From Pseudomonadota bacterium (GTDB taxonomy: Bacteria; Pseudomonadota; Gammaproteobacteria; Competibacterales; Competibacteraceae): a stretch of DNA of 64,000 bases. The notes below the pieces were generated by a model that was not told the origin of the DNA, did no database searches, and saw nothing but the letters and a program-made list of their open reading frames with translations. Both the position numbers and the translations under genes were made by a program. This document shows positions 1 through 10,472 of this stretch, piece by piece; within the stretch, counting starts at the first letter, position 1, and the number at the start of each line of letters is the position of its first letter. The stretch spans positions 7,082-71,081 of the forward strand of contig JAUPTV010000232.1 in assembly GCA_030917925.1 (NCBI GenBank). The letters run 5' to 3'.

Positions 1-94
1 GACTTTCTTTAACGCCCGCGACGTAGTCCGGCATCCGCTGGTGCAGCGGATTGTCAGCGCCTACGCCCGTTACGAACAGGATAACCCCGCATGA
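1..94 (+). CDS. ybeZ: PhoH-like ATPase, 3' end only (gene begins upstream of window)
   Basis: Frame 2 reads [30 protein letters not shown]. The [10 protein letters not shown] tail is the conserved PhoH/YbeZ C-terminus. The stop at 92-94 overlaps the ybeY ATG (ATGA). ybeZ-ybeY-corC-lnt is the canonical order. Confidence 0.7.
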   Translation, partial: TFFNARDVVRHPLVQRIVSAYARYEQDNPA

Positions 95-576
95 CGCTGG
101 AACTGGATTTACAAATCGCGCTGGACCTGCCAAGCCTACCCAGCGCTGCCGATTTGCAGCGCTGGGTCGAAGCGGCATTGGCTGGCGCTGGCTATCAAAA
201 AGATGCTGAACTGACGATCCGCATTGTCAACGAGGCCGAAATCACTGCCCTGAATGAGACTTACCGTCACAAGCAGGGGCCGACCAATGTCCTGTCGTTC
301 CCCTTTGAAGCGCCGCCGGAAGTTGATAGCGCGTTGCTGGGTGATATCGTGATCTGCGCTCCGGTGGTGTTGCGGGAAGCGGTGATTCAGGACAAAACCC
401 CGGAAGCCCACTGGGCGCACCTGGTCGCGCATGGCGTTTTGCATCTGCTGGGCTATGATCATGATGAAACCCAGGCCGAAGCGATGGAGTCCCTGGAAAT
501 CCGGATTCTGACCGGCCTCGGCTATCCTGACCCCTATGGAGATGTTCAAGAACGACCGTCAATCACCCCGCCCTAA
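91..576 (+). CDS. ybeY: rRNA maturation endoribonuclease YbeY
   Basis: 161 aa with the zinc-binding motif [11 protein letters not shown] near the C-terminus. Its position between the phoH-like gene and corC fits. Confidence 0.92.
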   Translation: MTLELDLQIALDLPSLPSAADLQRWVEAALAGAGYQKDAELTIRIVNEAEITALNETYRHKQGPTNVLSFPFEAPPEVDSALLGDIVICAPVVLREAVIQDKTPEAHWAHLVAHGVLHLLGYDHDETQAEAMESLEIRILTGLGYPDPYGDVQERPSITPP

Positions 577-925
577 AGGGCGAAGCTTGTGAGAGCAAGC
601 TCCGGTTGACCAGCCTAAGCCCGCCTAACAGGGACGTTGAAAGGGGCTACGTTGCGGATAGGTTCAAGACTCACCCTGGGATGCTTCCTCAGTCCCAGGC
701 TCTGAAAGTCCCGGTTGCAGACACGCGATAGGGTAAGCACGAAACGGATTGGGACGAAATGCCGGTACGCAACATGGGCGAGGGGAGCGAGCCGCAAGGC
801 TCTGTCACCAGGCTCTTACGAGCGGACAGCCGGGAAAGACCGGCACCTAACAACGGCTGACCGTGCGTGGCACGATTCGCTATCCATCCCCGGTCTGAAG
901 GCCGGGGTCTCTCGCGGAAAATCTG

Positions 926-1795
926 ATGAACGACGAGCGATCCGAACCGAGCCATAAATCCTGGCTGGAACGTTTAGGCCTCGCCCTGATGGGCGAACCC
1001 AAGGACCGGGACGAACTGATGGAGATGCTGCGCGACGCGCAACAACGGGAACTCCTGGATACCGACGCCCTGACCATGATGGAAGGGGTGATGAAAGTGT
1101 CGGAACTCCAGGTGCGGGATGTGATGATCCCCCGCGCCCAGATGGTGGTGCTGGAACACGACTGGAGCCTGGAGCGGCTCATTACTGAAGTGGTCGAGTC
1201 CGGCCATTCCCGCCTGCCGGTCATTGACGAAAACAAGGACAACGTCATCGGCATCCTGATTGTCAAGGATCTGCTGGCCCACGCCTTTGACCGTCTTGAA
1301 GATTTTGATCTACGCGCCATTCTGCGTCCCGCCAAATTCATTCCCGAAAGCAAGCGCCTGAACATCCTGCTCAAGGAATTTCGCGGCAACCGCCTGCACA
1401 TGGCCATCGTGGTCGACGAATACGGTGGGGTTGCGGGCCTCATCACCATTGAAGATGTGCTGGAAGAGATCGTCGGCGAAATCGACGATGAGCACGACAT
1501 TGATGATGAGGGCGCTTTTATCCGCCCGCAAGGCGACACTTTCATCATCAAGGCGCTAACGCCGGTTGAAGATTTCAATGACTACTTCCAGGCTGACCTC
1601 AGCGACGAAAAAGCCGACACCCTCGGCGGACTGGTCATGATGGATCTTGGTCGGCTGCCCAAGGGCGGGGAAATCATTGACCTGAACCGCTTTCGGCTGC
1701 GGGTGTTGCGCGCCGACAACCGGCAAATTCACCTGCTGGAAATGACGCTCCGCGATGGCCAGGAGTCGCCGCCTGCTGCCGTTGCAGATGAATGA
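926..1795 (+). CDS. corC: CBS-pair / CorC_HlyC domain magnesium-cobalt efflux protein CorC (YbeX)
   Basis: 289 aa. The N-terminus GEPKDRDELMEMLRD...MEGVMKVSELQVRDVMIPRAQM parallels E. coli CorC as recalled. It has tandem CBS modules plus the C-terminal transporter-associated domain. Confidence 0.9.
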   Translation: MNDERSEPSHKSWLERLGLALMGEPKDRDELMEMLRDAQQRELLDTDALTMMEGVMKVSELQVRDVMIPRAQMVVLEHDWSLERLITEVVESGHSRLPVIDENKDNVIGILIVKDLLAHAFDRLEDFDLRAILRPAKFIPESKRLNILLKEFRGNRLHMAIVVDEYGGVAGLITIEDVLEEIVGEIDDEHDIDDEGAFIRPQGDTFIIKALTPVEDFNDYFQADLSDEKADTLGGLVMMDLGRLPKGGEIIDLNRFRLRVLRADNRQIHLLEMTLRDGQESPPAAVADE

Positions 1796-3302
1796 GTTTG
1801 CGCAACGTCGTCCCCTGATCGTTGACCTGCTGGTGTTCATCGCCGGTGCCCTGTTGACGCTGGCCTTTGCGCCCTTTGACCTGTGGCCGCTGGCAATTCT
1901 GCTACCGATAGTCCTGCTCTGGAGTTGGGAAACCGCCACGCCACGCCGGGCCGCGCTACGCGGTGGGCTGTTCGGGCTGGGCCTGTTCGGGTTCGGCATT
2001 TACTGGATTTTTATCAGCCTCCACGATTATGGCAACGCCCCGGCCCCGTTCGCAGCGCTGGCCACTTTGCTCGTGGTGCTGGTTATGGCGCTGTACCCGG
2101 CGCTGGTCGGTTGGCTGCTCATCCGCTGGGGACCCGCGCCCGGTCTGCTGCGCTGGCTGCTGGCGTTCCCGGCGTTGTGGACGTTGCTGGACTGGGTGCG
2201 AAGTTGGCTGTTGACCGGCTTTCCCTGGCTGGCGCTCGGCTACAGTCAAATCGATGCCCCGCTAGGCCAACTGGCTCCTGCGGTCGGCGTCTTCGGCATT
2301 GGCTGGGCGACGCTATTGAGCGCTGGTTTGCTCTGGATGTTGGTGAATCGTCGCGACTGGCGGCTACAGTTGGGCGGATTCGGCCTGCTGGCCATGCTGT
2401 GGTTGGGTGCTTGGACACTGGGCCGAGTAGATTGGGTAGAACCCACTGGAACGCCGTTACGCATCGCCATTGTCCAGGGCAACATCGCCCAGGATCAGAA
2501 ATGGCAGCCCAGCGTTCTCGATGAAACCCTACATCGTTATGTGCAACTGAGCCTGCCGGAACACGGCCACAGCGATGTGATTCTCTGGCCGGAAACCGCG
2601 ATTCCGATGTTTTACGAAGAGGTTCGGCCGTTCATCGGCGCACTCGCCCAACGCGCTCAGGAAGATGGCGTGGATTATGTCACCGGCATTCCGACCGGTT
2701 CCTGGGAAACCGGCATTTTCCACAATAGCGTCGCCAGTATCGGCGCAACCTTGAATTTTTATCACAAGCATCGCTTGTTGCCGTTCGGCGAATATCTGCC
2801 CTTGCGCGGGTTCTTTATGTTCTTCCGCGACTGGGTGACGATTCCGATGGCCGATTTCACTCCCGGCGACCGTGATCAGCCATTGTTACAGGCGGGCGGT
2901 CAACCAGCGGGCGTCTCCATCTGCTTTGAAGCGGTCTTCGGCAGCGACATTCGCCGGGCGTTGCCGGAAGCGACGTGGCTGATCAATGTCAGCAATGACG
3001 CCTGGTTCAAGGACTCCACCGCGCCACACCAGCATCTACAAATCGCCCGAATGCGTGCGCTGGAAGTGGGGCGGTTCATGGCCCGCGCCACGAATACCGG
3101 CGTGTCCGCGATCATTGATGACCGGGGCCGAATTGTGATCCAGGGCAAACAGTTCAAAGAGGACATGATTCGCGGCGAAGTCCAACCCCGGCGCGGCCTC
3201 ACGCCTTATGCGCACTGGGGGGATGCGCCGACCGTGATTTTGATGGTCGCCTTGCTCATCATCAGCCTGTTGATCAACCGCCGCACCCTCGCCACGGTAT
3301 GA
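1788..3302 (+). CDS. lnt: apolipoprotein N-acyltransferase
   Basis: The ORF spans 1755-3302. The preferred ATG is at 1788 (MNEFAQRRPLIVDLLVF...LAFAPFDLWP) and overlaps the corC stop (ATGAATGA). It has a multi-TM N-terminus and a nitrilase-type domain with WPE and SICFEAVF motifs. Confidence 0.9.
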   Translation: MNEFAQRRPLIVDLLVFIAGALLTLAFAPFDLWPLAILLPIVLLWSWETATPRRAALRGGLFGLGLFGFGIYWIFISLHDYGNAPAPFAALATLLVVLVMALYPALVGWLLIRWGPAPGLLRWLLAFPALWTLLDWVRSWLLTGFPWLALGYSQIDAPLGQLAPAVGVFGIGWATLLSAGLLWMLVNRRDWRLQLGGFGLLAMLWLGAWTLGRVDWVEPTGTPLRIAIVQGNIAQDQKWQPSVLDETLHRYVQLSLPEHGHSDVILWPETAIPMFYEEVRPFIGALAQRAQEDGVDYVTGIPTGSWETGIFHNSVASIGATLNFYHKHRLLPFGEYLPLRGFFMFFRDWVTIPMADFTPGDRDQPLLQAGGQPAGVSICFEAVFGSDIRRALPEATWLINVSNDAWFKDSTAPHQHLQIARMRALEVGRFMARATNTGVSAIIDDRGRIVIQGKQFKEDMIRGEVQPRRGLTPYAHWGDAPTVILMVALLIISLLINRRTLATV

Positions 3303-3994
3303 TCAAACCGCCCTGGTTCCACTTTTCACCGGCTTATCTTTATCCCCGGTGTCAACGCGCCTGCCGGGGATGGTCGCTGGTGCAACGGGAAACCTGGTGC
3401 TGCTGGTCGGGCAGTCTGTTGGCGGCGGTGCTGCTGCTGATGGCTGCCTGCTCCACAGCTCCACCGCGCAATGTGAACGATGCCTGCGCAATTTTTGCCG
3501 AATATGACGACTGGGGTCCGGCCGCCCAGGCCGCCAGTCGGCGTTGGGGCGTACCCGTGTCGGTCATCCTGGCGATTATTTATTATGAATCGTCCTTCCG
3601 CTCGGACGCCCAGCCGCCGCGTAAATGGTATCTCGGCTTTATCCCTGGCTCGCGTCCTTCCTCAGCTTATGGCTACAGTCAGGCGCTGGACGGCACCTGG
3701 GATCGGTATATCGCTGCCACCAGTAACCGTAGCGCGGACCGTGATGACTTTGACGATGCCGTGGATTTTATCGGCTGGTATGTCAATGAAACGGCGAAGC
3801 GCAATCGCGTTGCCAAAAGCGATGCTTACCGCCAGTATCTGGCGTATCACGAAGGTCAGGAAGGATTCGCCAAGGGCAGTTACCGGGAAAAACCCTGGCT
3901 GGTGAAGCGGGCCAAGCAGGTCGGTCAACAGGCGGAACGTTATCGCGCCCAGTTAGCGCGTTGCAAACCGGAATCATTGAGAAAATCAAGCTGA
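3299..3994 (+). CDS. SLT-domain lytic transglycosylase-like lipoprotein
   Basis: 231 aa with a lipobox-like LLMAAC. The YYESSFRSDA (catalytic Glu-Ser) and GYSQALDGTW motifs are typical of the soluble lytic transglycosylase fold. ATGA overlap with the lnt stop. The start is uncertain. Confidence 0.6.
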   Translation: MIKPPWFHFSPAYLYPRCQRACRGWSLVQRETWCCWSGSLLAAVLLLMAACSTAPPRNVNDACAIFAEYDDWGPAAQAASRRWGVPVSVILAIIYYESSFRSDAQPPRKWYLGFIPGSRPSSAYGYSQALDGTWDRYIAATSNRSADRDDFDDAVDFIGWYVNETAKRNRVAKSDAYRQYLAYHEGQEGFAKGSYREKPWLVKRAKQVGQQAERYRAQLARCKPESLRKSS

Positions 3995-4007
3995 ACAGCT
4001 ATATAGA

Positions 4008-4889
4008 GTGCAGTTTTTTCCACGAGAATCGATCACCATGCCAATCCTCTCTCCAACCGGTCAGCAGATCATCAACGACCTGGCGCAACGCTACAATTTC
4101 AGTCCGGGAGCGGTCGCCAGCCTGCTCGAAGCCGTCCAGCAGGGCCAGGGCAGCATGGCGCAGTTCAATCATCCCGAATTCGGCGGCTCCGGCCAGTGGA
4201 TGCCGGGCGGAATGACTATGCTTTCCGATATGTTCAACCACGCGCTGAAAAGCCGGGTTGACGGACTGTGCAGCGAATTGGCAACTTTGATCAGGAATCA
4301 GCCGGATAGCCTGCACAGCGGCAGCTTTCAGACCCAGCGCCAGGGTGATGCGTCGCAAACCCGTTATGCCACTGGTCAGCAACAACAGAATGGATCGGGA
4401 CCCGTCGGGCCGGTCAGCCTGTTCATTGCACCGGTCAACGGTTCATCCGGCGACTGGTGGGGGGCGGATTTGCGCTGGCCTACCAGCACCGGCGCACAAA
4501 ACAACGTGCGTTACGCCTACTTCGCGCAAGCCCGGCGCCTGGCGATTGAAATTAACGGCCAGGTCACGGTCTACGACACCCTGGATCATCAAATCGGCGG
4601 GTTTTCTCAACAGCAGGGCTACGGCGGATCGCTGACCTTTTCCAGCCAATACGGGTTGGTCGAAGTCCAGCGCATGCCCATCGTATCGGTCGATGGTCAA
4701 GCCCCGTGGACCTCCACACCGAGCCCGACTGCCGACCCGTCACCCTCAACGCTCGCACCTGAACCGACAGGCAGCAACAACCATGACGTGTTCGCGCTGA
4801 TTGAGCGACTAGCCGACCTGCACACCAGGGGTATTCTCAGCGCTGAAGAGTTTGCCGCCAAAAAAGCGGAATTACTGAGCCGACTTTGA
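4008..4889 (+). CDS. hypothetical Q/G-rich protein with C-terminal SHOCT domain
   Basis: 293-aa ORF with an alternative ATG at 4038 (MPILSPTGQQ). The C-terminal ALIERLADLHTRGILSAEEFAAKKAELLSRL matches the SHOCT short C-terminal domain pattern. Confidence 0.55.
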   Translation: MQFFPRESITMPILSPTGQQIINDLAQRYNFSPGAVASLLEAVQQGQGSMAQFNHPEFGGSGQWMPGGMTMLSDMFNHALKSRVDGLCSELATLIRNQPDSLHSGSFQTQRQGDASQTRYATGQQQQNGSGPVGPVSLFIAPVNGSSGDWWGADLRWPTSTGAQNNVRYAYFAQARRLAIEINGQVTVYDTLDHQIGGFSQQQGYGGSLTFSSQYGLVEVQRMPIVSVDGQAPWTSTPSPTADPSPSTLAPEPTGSNNHDVFALIERLADLHTRGILSAEEFAAKKAELLSRL

Positions 4890-4903
4890 ACCCTATCGCC
4901 CAT

Positions 4904-4933
4904 AAAAAAACCGCCAGCAATTCCGGCTGGCGG
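4904..4933 (-). terminator. Rho-independent terminator (T-tract on minus strand)
   Basis: The stem is CCGCCAGC (4911-4918) / GCTGGCGG (4926-4933), preceded on the plus strand by A7 (4904-4910). This gives hairpin + U7 on the minus strand. It lies between convergent genes. Confidence 0.6.
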
Positions 4934-5070
4934 TCAAGTACAGGATATTGAGCTTAAAACACGCCGAGCTGTATAAAGCAGCTCAAGCGCCGCTAGTTAA
5001 AGATAATTCAATCCACCGGTAAATCAGGAAAATTGCTCATTCGATCAGGGTTTCTACTTATATCGGCGTT

Positions 5071-5604
5071 TCAAGGCTCATCGGCGATGCGCAGAAAGCG
5101 CTGGCTGCCGCACACTGTACAGGGGCCAATCGCGGCGGGCGCATGAAAGGCGACCCACGCCCCGCATTCCTCACATTGTAAGGTTCCCGGTCCGGTAATT
5201 TCGCCACAGCGGTACTGCTCCGACTCGGCATCGACGGGCGGCGTCTCGAACGCCAGCAGATCCAGTCGGGATTGATCCACGCCCCGCTGGAGAAATTCCA
5301 ACAACCGATCTTCGAGCAATTCCAGATCGAACCGCAGCCAGGCACCCAAATCGCGGCCCGTTACGGTCAGGTATTGACCGGCGTCTTCCCAATCGCGCTG
5401 GAGATAACTGCCGATCAACCGGGCTTCCTCACGCGTGAGTTCACCCAATTCCACTGCCTTTTCCGCTGCGTGTTCAATACTGGCGCTTAATTGCGGAAAC
5501 GCTGCTTTCTCTGCCTGTTCCAGCTCTTGTAACCGGTGTTTTACCCGTTCCATCATTTGCCGGTAGGCGGCAACCCATCGTGAATGATTCGATGAATCGG
5601 TCAT
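5071..5604 (-). CDS. zinc-ribbon-containing protein (DUF1451-like)
   Basis: 177 aa with a helical N-terminal half. The C-terminus has CGEITGPGTLQCEECG...GPCTVCGSQRF, a CxxxxxxxxxC..C / CxxC zinc ribbon. Family assignment is from recall only. Confidence 0.5.
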   Translation of the reverse strand: MTDSSNHSRWVAAYRQMMERVKHRLQELEQAEKAAFPQLSASIEHAAEKAVELGELTREEARLIGSYLQRDWEDAGQYLTVTGRDLGAWLRFDLELLEDRLLEFLQRGVDQSRLDLLAFETPPVDAESEQYRCGEITGPGTLQCEECGAWVAFHAPAAIGPCTVCGSQRFLRIADEP

Positions 5605-5740
5605 GTCAGTCTCCTTACCATGCGCAAATCCCCAATGAACTACGCATGGCGGTCAGGGTCTGGTTTAGACATTAAGGCCGCCCAACAACACAGGGAGCGG
5701 CGTCAGCGCACCGGCAACATCTGAACCCATGGCGCGTTCC

Positions 5741-6979
5741 TCAGCCTTTCAATAGCTCATAAGTGGCCTGATAGGCGTCGGCCAGCGCGGTCATGTAGAT
5801 ATCATTGATCTGGCTGGGTTCGAGTCCCAGGGTGTCGAGCGAATCCCAGTCACAGCGTTCATAAGCCAGTGTACAGGCCAGGATACGCCCCATGGGACCT
5901 TCATGATGCAGCAACGCCTTGTTGATATCCTCATCCAGTGGCAGCGCCGAAAGGATGTCCGCCATCGGCGCTTGGGTCATCACATCCAGCACTGACAGCA
6001 GCCCCACGGTAAATCCAACATCTTTCTGTTTGATTTTTAAAGCATCCGCCAGCAACTCACACATCTTGGCCCGCTCCAGGGCGACGGTGATCAGATCGCT
6101 GCGATGGCTGTCGATATTGGCCAGTGAAATCAGCGTGACCCAGGACCGGATGTTTTTCAGCCCCAGCAGCACCACCGCACGCTGGATGGAATCGACGCGC
6201 TTGGGCAGGTTGAAGTAGGCGGAATTGATGTAGCGCAGCAACTTGTAGGTGAGAGAGACATCCTGGCTGATGAGCAACTCGACGGCTTTGATTTCAATAT
6301 TCGGGTTATGCAGCTTGCTAATCAGTTGCAGCACCGCCAACTGATTAGTGGGAATGCTTTGGAATTTTAGCAACTTGGGCTGGGAAAAATAATAACCCTG
6401 AAAATAGTCAAAGCCGAGAGTCTGGCACAGATCCAGGATGTCCTGGGTTTCGATGCGTTCCGCCATCAGGGCGACTTTGCGCCTGCGCAATGGCGGTACT
6501 ATCCGCCGCACCTCCTGCTCAGTCATCGTCAACAGATCGAGCTTGACGTAGTCAGCGATCTCTAGCAACGCCCGGTAGGCCTCGTTATCGACATAAGCAT
6601 CCAGTACGAAATGGTAACCCTGCTGGCGTAGTTCGCGCAGGGCTTGCAACAGGGGTTCGTCAACCACGATATCGGCGGTGACTTCGAACGCCAGTTGCGG
6701 TAAGCCGAAACCGACCAGATGACCGTTCAGGACGAAATCACGGGCGACATTGATAAACGCCTTGTGTGGCCCGACGACGTGTTCCAAACCGACCTCGGTG
6801 ACCGTATTCAACACAATTTGTGAAGTTGCGATCTCGGCATCGAGAAACTGTGCGGTCGTGTCGGTCTCAGCTTGCCGATAGAATAGTTCATAACCTTCTA
6901 TCTGCAAATTGCGATTGTAGATAGGCTGACGAGCGAAATAGATTTCCTTCACCGACGCACCTCTGTCAGGGCCATACAA
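5741..6979 (-). CDS. EAL-like + HDOD domain signalling protein
   Basis: 412 aa. The N-terminal half is EAL-like (FARQPIYNR...GYELFYR, QGYYFSQP). The C-terminal half is HDOD-like (LLRYINSAYFNLPKRVDSIQRAVVLLGLKNIRSWV). Confidence 0.75.
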   Translation of the reverse strand: MYGPDRGASVKEIYFARQPIYNRNLQIEGYELFYRQAETDTTAQFLDAEIATSQIVLNTVTEVGLEHVVGPHKAFINVARDFVLNGHLVGFGLPQLAFEVTADIVVDEPLLQALRELRQQGYHFVLDAYVDNEAYRALLEIADYVKLDLLTMTEQEVRRIVPPLRRRKVALMAERIETQDILDLCQTLGFDYFQGYYFSQPKLLKFQSIPTNQLAVLQLISKLHNPNIEIKAVELLISQDVSLTYKLLRYINSAYFNLPKRVDSIQRAVVLLGLKNIRSWVTLISLANIDSHRSDLITVALERAKMCELLADALKIKQKDVGFTVGLLSVLDVMTQAPMADILSALPLDEDINKALLHHEGPMGRILACTLAYERCDWDSLDTLGLEPSQINDIYMTALADAYQATYELLKG

Positions 6980-7434
6980 AGATTGAATGAGAACCGGATA
7001 GCATTATGTTACCAAATATATGCGGCATCGCCTCACAACAAAAACCGGCAATGCGTCAAGCATACCCCCAAAACCGGATAGAGTGGAATGGACATGCAGA
7101 ACGAGCAACGCGAACCTCGAATACGCCTCTAGCTGATTCTTGCCGCCTTCACCCTCGCCAGATATGATGCTGACGCTCCACAGGCTTTGACACTGGACTT
7201 AGCCAAGCGGCGTGCTTAGAATTCCCTCCCGGTCTTTTATCGTGCGACCTAGTGCTGCAAGGCGATGGCCTCGAAAGTTGATGCCTACAGGCCAGGCTTT
7301 CGCCCAACCCGCAATGCTCCCCCCGCTTCTGGTATAGTCCCGATTAGAAATCGCCTAACGTATTCACGTTCAAAGAATACTGTTCATCTACACCGGACGG
7401 TCCATCATCGCGCACACTGCCAAGGGAACCCCGA

Positions 7435-9237
7435 TTGAAACAGGATCTCATCCGCAATTTTTCCATTATCGCCCACATTGATCACGGCAAGTCGACCCTT
7501 GCTGATCGTTTCATCCAGATTTGCGGTGGCCTGAGCCAGCGGGAAATGTCCGAGCAAGTGCTGGACTCCATGGATCTCGAACGGGAGCGCGGCATTACCA
7601 TCAAGGCGCAGAGCGTCTCCCTGCGCTATCCGGCCCGCGATGGCCAGACCTACCAGTTCAACTTTATCGACACGCCCGGCCACGTTGATTTCTCCTACGA
7701 GGTCTCCCGCTCGCTGTCCGCCTGCGAAGGTGCGTTATTAGTCGTGGATGCCGCGCAGGGCGTCGAGGCGCAGAGCGTCGCCAACTGCTACACCGCCATG
7801 GAGCAGGGGCTGGAAGTCTTGCCGGTGCTCAACAAAATCGACTTGCCTTCCGCCGATCCGGAACGGGTGGCGAACGAGATCGGGGACATCATCGGCCTGG
7901 ACGCCAGTTACGCCTTGCAAGTCAGCGCCAAATCCGGCCTCGGCATTGACGAGTTGCTGGAAGCCATTGTCACGCATATCCCCCCGCCTAAAGGTCAGCC
8001 GGACGGACCACTGAAGGCGCTGATTATCGACTCCTGGTTCGATAACTTTGTCGGCGTCATTTCGCTGGTGCGGGTCGTTGATGGGCGCATTCTTCCCAAG
8101 CAGAAAATTCAGATCATGTCCACCGGTCGAGCCTTTCAGGTCGAATCGGTGGGCATCTTCACCCCTAAACGCACGGAGCAGCCCAGCCTGAACGCTGGCG
8201 AAGTCGGCTATGTCATTGCTGGCATCAAGGAAATCGACGGTGCGCCGGTAGGCGACACGTTGACCGGGGCAGATCGGCCGGCAACAGAGTCGTTGCCCGG
8301 TTTTCAAAAGGTGCAACCGCGAGTATTCGCCGGGCTGTTTCCGGTGGACTCGGATGATTTCGGCAATCTGCGCGAAGCCTTGCAGAAATTACGACTGAAC
8401 GACGCCTCCATGTTCTTCGAGCCGGAAACCTCACAGGCCATGGGCTTCGGGTTTCGCTGCGGCTTCCTGGGTCTGCTGCACATGGAGATCGTGCAGGAGC
8501 GCTTGGAGCGGGAATACAACCTGAATTTGATCAGCACCGCGCCGACGGTGATCTACGAGGTGCTGACTACTGGGGACGAGATCATCAAGATCGATAATCC
8601 CGCTAAATTGCCGCCGTCAAATGAAATCGCCGAGATTCGCGAACCGATTATTGTGGCGCATATTCTCACCCCGCAGGATTATCTGGGGTCCATCATCACC
8701 CTCTGTATTGAAAAGCGCGGCGTGCAGCGGGGTCTGCACTATGCGGGCGGGCAGGTGCAATTAAGCTTTGAATTGCCGTTGAGCGAAGTGGTGCTGGATT
8801 TCTTTGACCGGCTCAAATCGGTCAGCCGGGGTTATGCGTCGTTCGAATACAGTTTTGAACGCTTTCAAGCCGCGCCGCTGGTCAAGCTGGATGTGCTGAT
8901 CAATGGCGACAAGGTGGATTCGCTGGCGGTGATTGTGCACCGCGAGCAGGCGCAACGGCGCGGTCACGCCGCGGCGGTCAAGTTGAAAGAACTGATCCCC
9001 CGGCAAATGTTCGAGGTCGCCATTCAATCCGCGATTGGCAACCAGATCATCGCCCGCACGACGGTGAAAGCGTTGCGCAAGAACGTGCTGGCCAAATGCT
9101 ACGGCGGCGATGTGAGCCGCAAGCGCAAATTGCTGGAGAAACAGAAAGCCGGCAAGCGGCGCATGAAGCAGGTGGGCAAAGTGGAAATCCCGCAGGATGC
9201 GTTTCTCGCGGTGTTGCAGATGGATAAAAACTCATGA
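7435..9237 (+). CDS. lepA: translation elongation factor 4
   Basis: 600 aa with a TTG start. It has G1 AHIDHGKST and DTPGHVDF motifs, plus the characteristic LepA C-terminus. Confidence 0.95.
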   Translation: MKQDLIRNFSIIAHIDHGKSTLADRFIQICGGLSQREMSEQVLDSMDLERERGITIKAQSVSLRYPARDGQTYQFNFIDTPGHVDFSYEVSRSLSACEGALLVVDAAQGVEAQSVANCYTAMEQGLEVLPVLNKIDLPSADPERVANEIGDIIGLDASYALQVSAKSGLGIDELLEAIVTHIPPPKGQPDGPLKALIIDSWFDNFVGVISLVRVVDGRILPKQKIQIMSTGRAFQVESVGIFTPKRTEQPSLNAGEVGYVIAGIKEIDGAPVGDTLTGADRPATESLPGFQKVQPRVFAGLFPVDSDDFGNLREALQKLRLNDASMFFEPETSQAMGFGFRCGFLGLLHMEIVQERLEREYNLNLISTAPTVIYEVLTTGDEIIKIDNPAKLPPSNEIAEIREPIIVAHILTPQDYLGSIITLCIEKRGVQRGLHYAGGQVQLSFELPLSEVVLDFFDRLKSVSRGYASFEYSFERFQAAPLVKLDVLINGDKVDSLAVIVHREQAQRRGHAAAVKLKELIPRQMFEVAIQSAIGNQIIARTTVKALRKNVLAKCYGGDVSRKRKLLEKQKAGKRRMKQVGKVEIPQDAFLAVLQMDKNS

Positions 9238-10061
9238 ATATTGATTTTGCGGCGATTCTCGTCGTCTTGACCGTCGTGACAGGCGGTATCTGGCTGCTGG
9301 ATTCCTTGGTGCTGGAGCCGCGTCGGATCCGGAACCCCTCGACGCCGGAGGTCATGGCCAAACTGCCGTGGTATGTGGACCTGTCCAAGTCGTTCTTCCC
9401 GGTGATTTTGGCGGTGCTGGTGCTGCGCTCGTTCGTGGTTGAACCGTTCCGCATTCCCTCGGAATCCATGTTGCCGACCCTGCTCAATGGTGATTTCATC
9501 CTGGTCAACAAATTTTCCTACGGGCTGCGCCTGCCGGTGCTGAATACCAAACTGATTGGCAACGGCCAACCAGCGCGGGGCGATGTGGTGGTATTCCGCT
9601 ATCCCCGCGAACCGGCGATTGCGTATATCAAACGGGTCATCGGCCTGCCCGGCGACCGGTTGGAGTACCGGGGCAAGCAACTGTTGATCAACGGTCAGCC
9701 AGCTTCATTGACGCCATTGCCCAATCACGCCGTTGAACCGGGTTATCAACAGTTTGATGAGCGCCTGAATGACGTGAACCATCAGATCCAGGTGCTGACC
9801 GAGGGTCACTGGGGAGCTGCGGGATTATGGCCCGGTCTGCAACTCCAGCGGGGGCCTGACGGAACCATCGCCTGGGAATATCAGGTGCCGGCTGGGCAGT
9901 ATTTTGTGATGGGCGATAACCGTGACAACAGCAGCGACAGTCGGGTCTGGGGGCCGCTGCCGGAAGAAAACCTGATTGGCAAAGCGTTTTTCATCTGGAT
10001 GAATCTGGACTGTATTACTTTTAATGGCCAGTGTGGCCGAATTGGCAATGGCATCCATTAG
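9234..10061 (+). CDS. lepB: signal peptidase I
   Basis: 275 aa with SESMLPTL (catalytic Ser), KRVIGLPGD (Lys box) and [11 protein letters not shown] motifs. ATGA overlap with lepA. Confidence 0.93.
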   Translation: MNIDFAAILVVLTVVTGGIWLLDSLVLEPRRIRNPSTPEVMAKLPWYVDLSKSFFPVILAVLVLRSFVVEPFRIPSESMLPTLLNGDFILVNKFSYGLRLPVLNTKLIGNGQPARGDVVVFRYPREPAIAYIKRVIGLPGDRLEYRGKQLLINGQPASLTPLPNHAVEPGYQQFDERLNDVNHQIQVLTEGHWGAAGLWPGLQLQRGPDGTIAWEYQVPAGQYFVMGDNRDNSSDSRVWGPLPEENLIGKAFFIWMNLDCITFNGQCGRIGNGIH

Positions 10062-10079
10062 GGGAAGAAGGGGGAAATA

Positions 10080-10466
10080 ATGCGTGGGATTCAGCGAGAC
10101 CGCGAACAGCGCGGCATGACCGTAATCGGCATGTTGCTCATGATTGTCGTGATTGGCTTCATGCTGCTAATCGCGATGAAGGTGATTCCGATGTACATTG
10201 AGTACTACACCGTCAAGTCAACCGTTGAAAGCATCCGCAAGGAGCCGCAACTGGCGCAGATGAGTGCGCCGGATATTCAAAAGGCGCTCCAGAAGCGCTT
10301 TGACATCGGCTATGTAAAACTCAAAGCCAGTGATCTCAAGATCAGGAACGATGCTGAAAGCCGGGGCCGAGTAATTGAACTGGTTTATGATAACGAACAG
10401 GAGCTGTTTTACAAGCTCTATGTTGTCCTGAAAATTGATGAGACCATTCCGCTGACACCGAATTGA
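10080..10466 (+). CDS. DUF4845-like small membrane-anchored protein
   Basis: 128 aa with an N-terminal QRGMT + hydrophobic helix. It occupies the conserved slot between lepB and rnc seen in many gammaproteobacteria (recall). Confidence 0.6.
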   Translation: MRGIQRDREQRGMTVIGMLLMIVVIGFMLLIAMKVIPMYIEYYTVKSTVESIRKEPQLAQMSAPDIQKALQKRFDIGYVKLKASDLKIRNDAESRGRVIELVYDNEQELFYKLYVVLKIDETIPLTPN

Positions 10467-10472
10467 CACAAC

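Noticed and set aside
577-925. Whether the ybeY-corC spacer is RNase P RNA, SRP/6S/tmRNA, or a c-di-GMP-I (GEMM-I) or other known riboswitch.
   Set aside because: The partial look-alikes are GAAAGTCC, and AGGGTAAGC...GGGACGAAATGCC against the GEMM-I GGGCAAAC...GGGACGCAAAGCC. They lack the required flanking helices and the other conserved blocks. No confident match can be made by eye, so it is reported only as an unexplained structured spacer.
6980-7434. The 455-bp divergent intergenic region between the EAL-HDOD gene and lepA, as a possible sRNA or mobile remnant.
   Set aside because: No repeats, hairpin-terminator pairs, ORFs or recognisable motifs were seen. The length is compatible with two divergent promoters and leaders.
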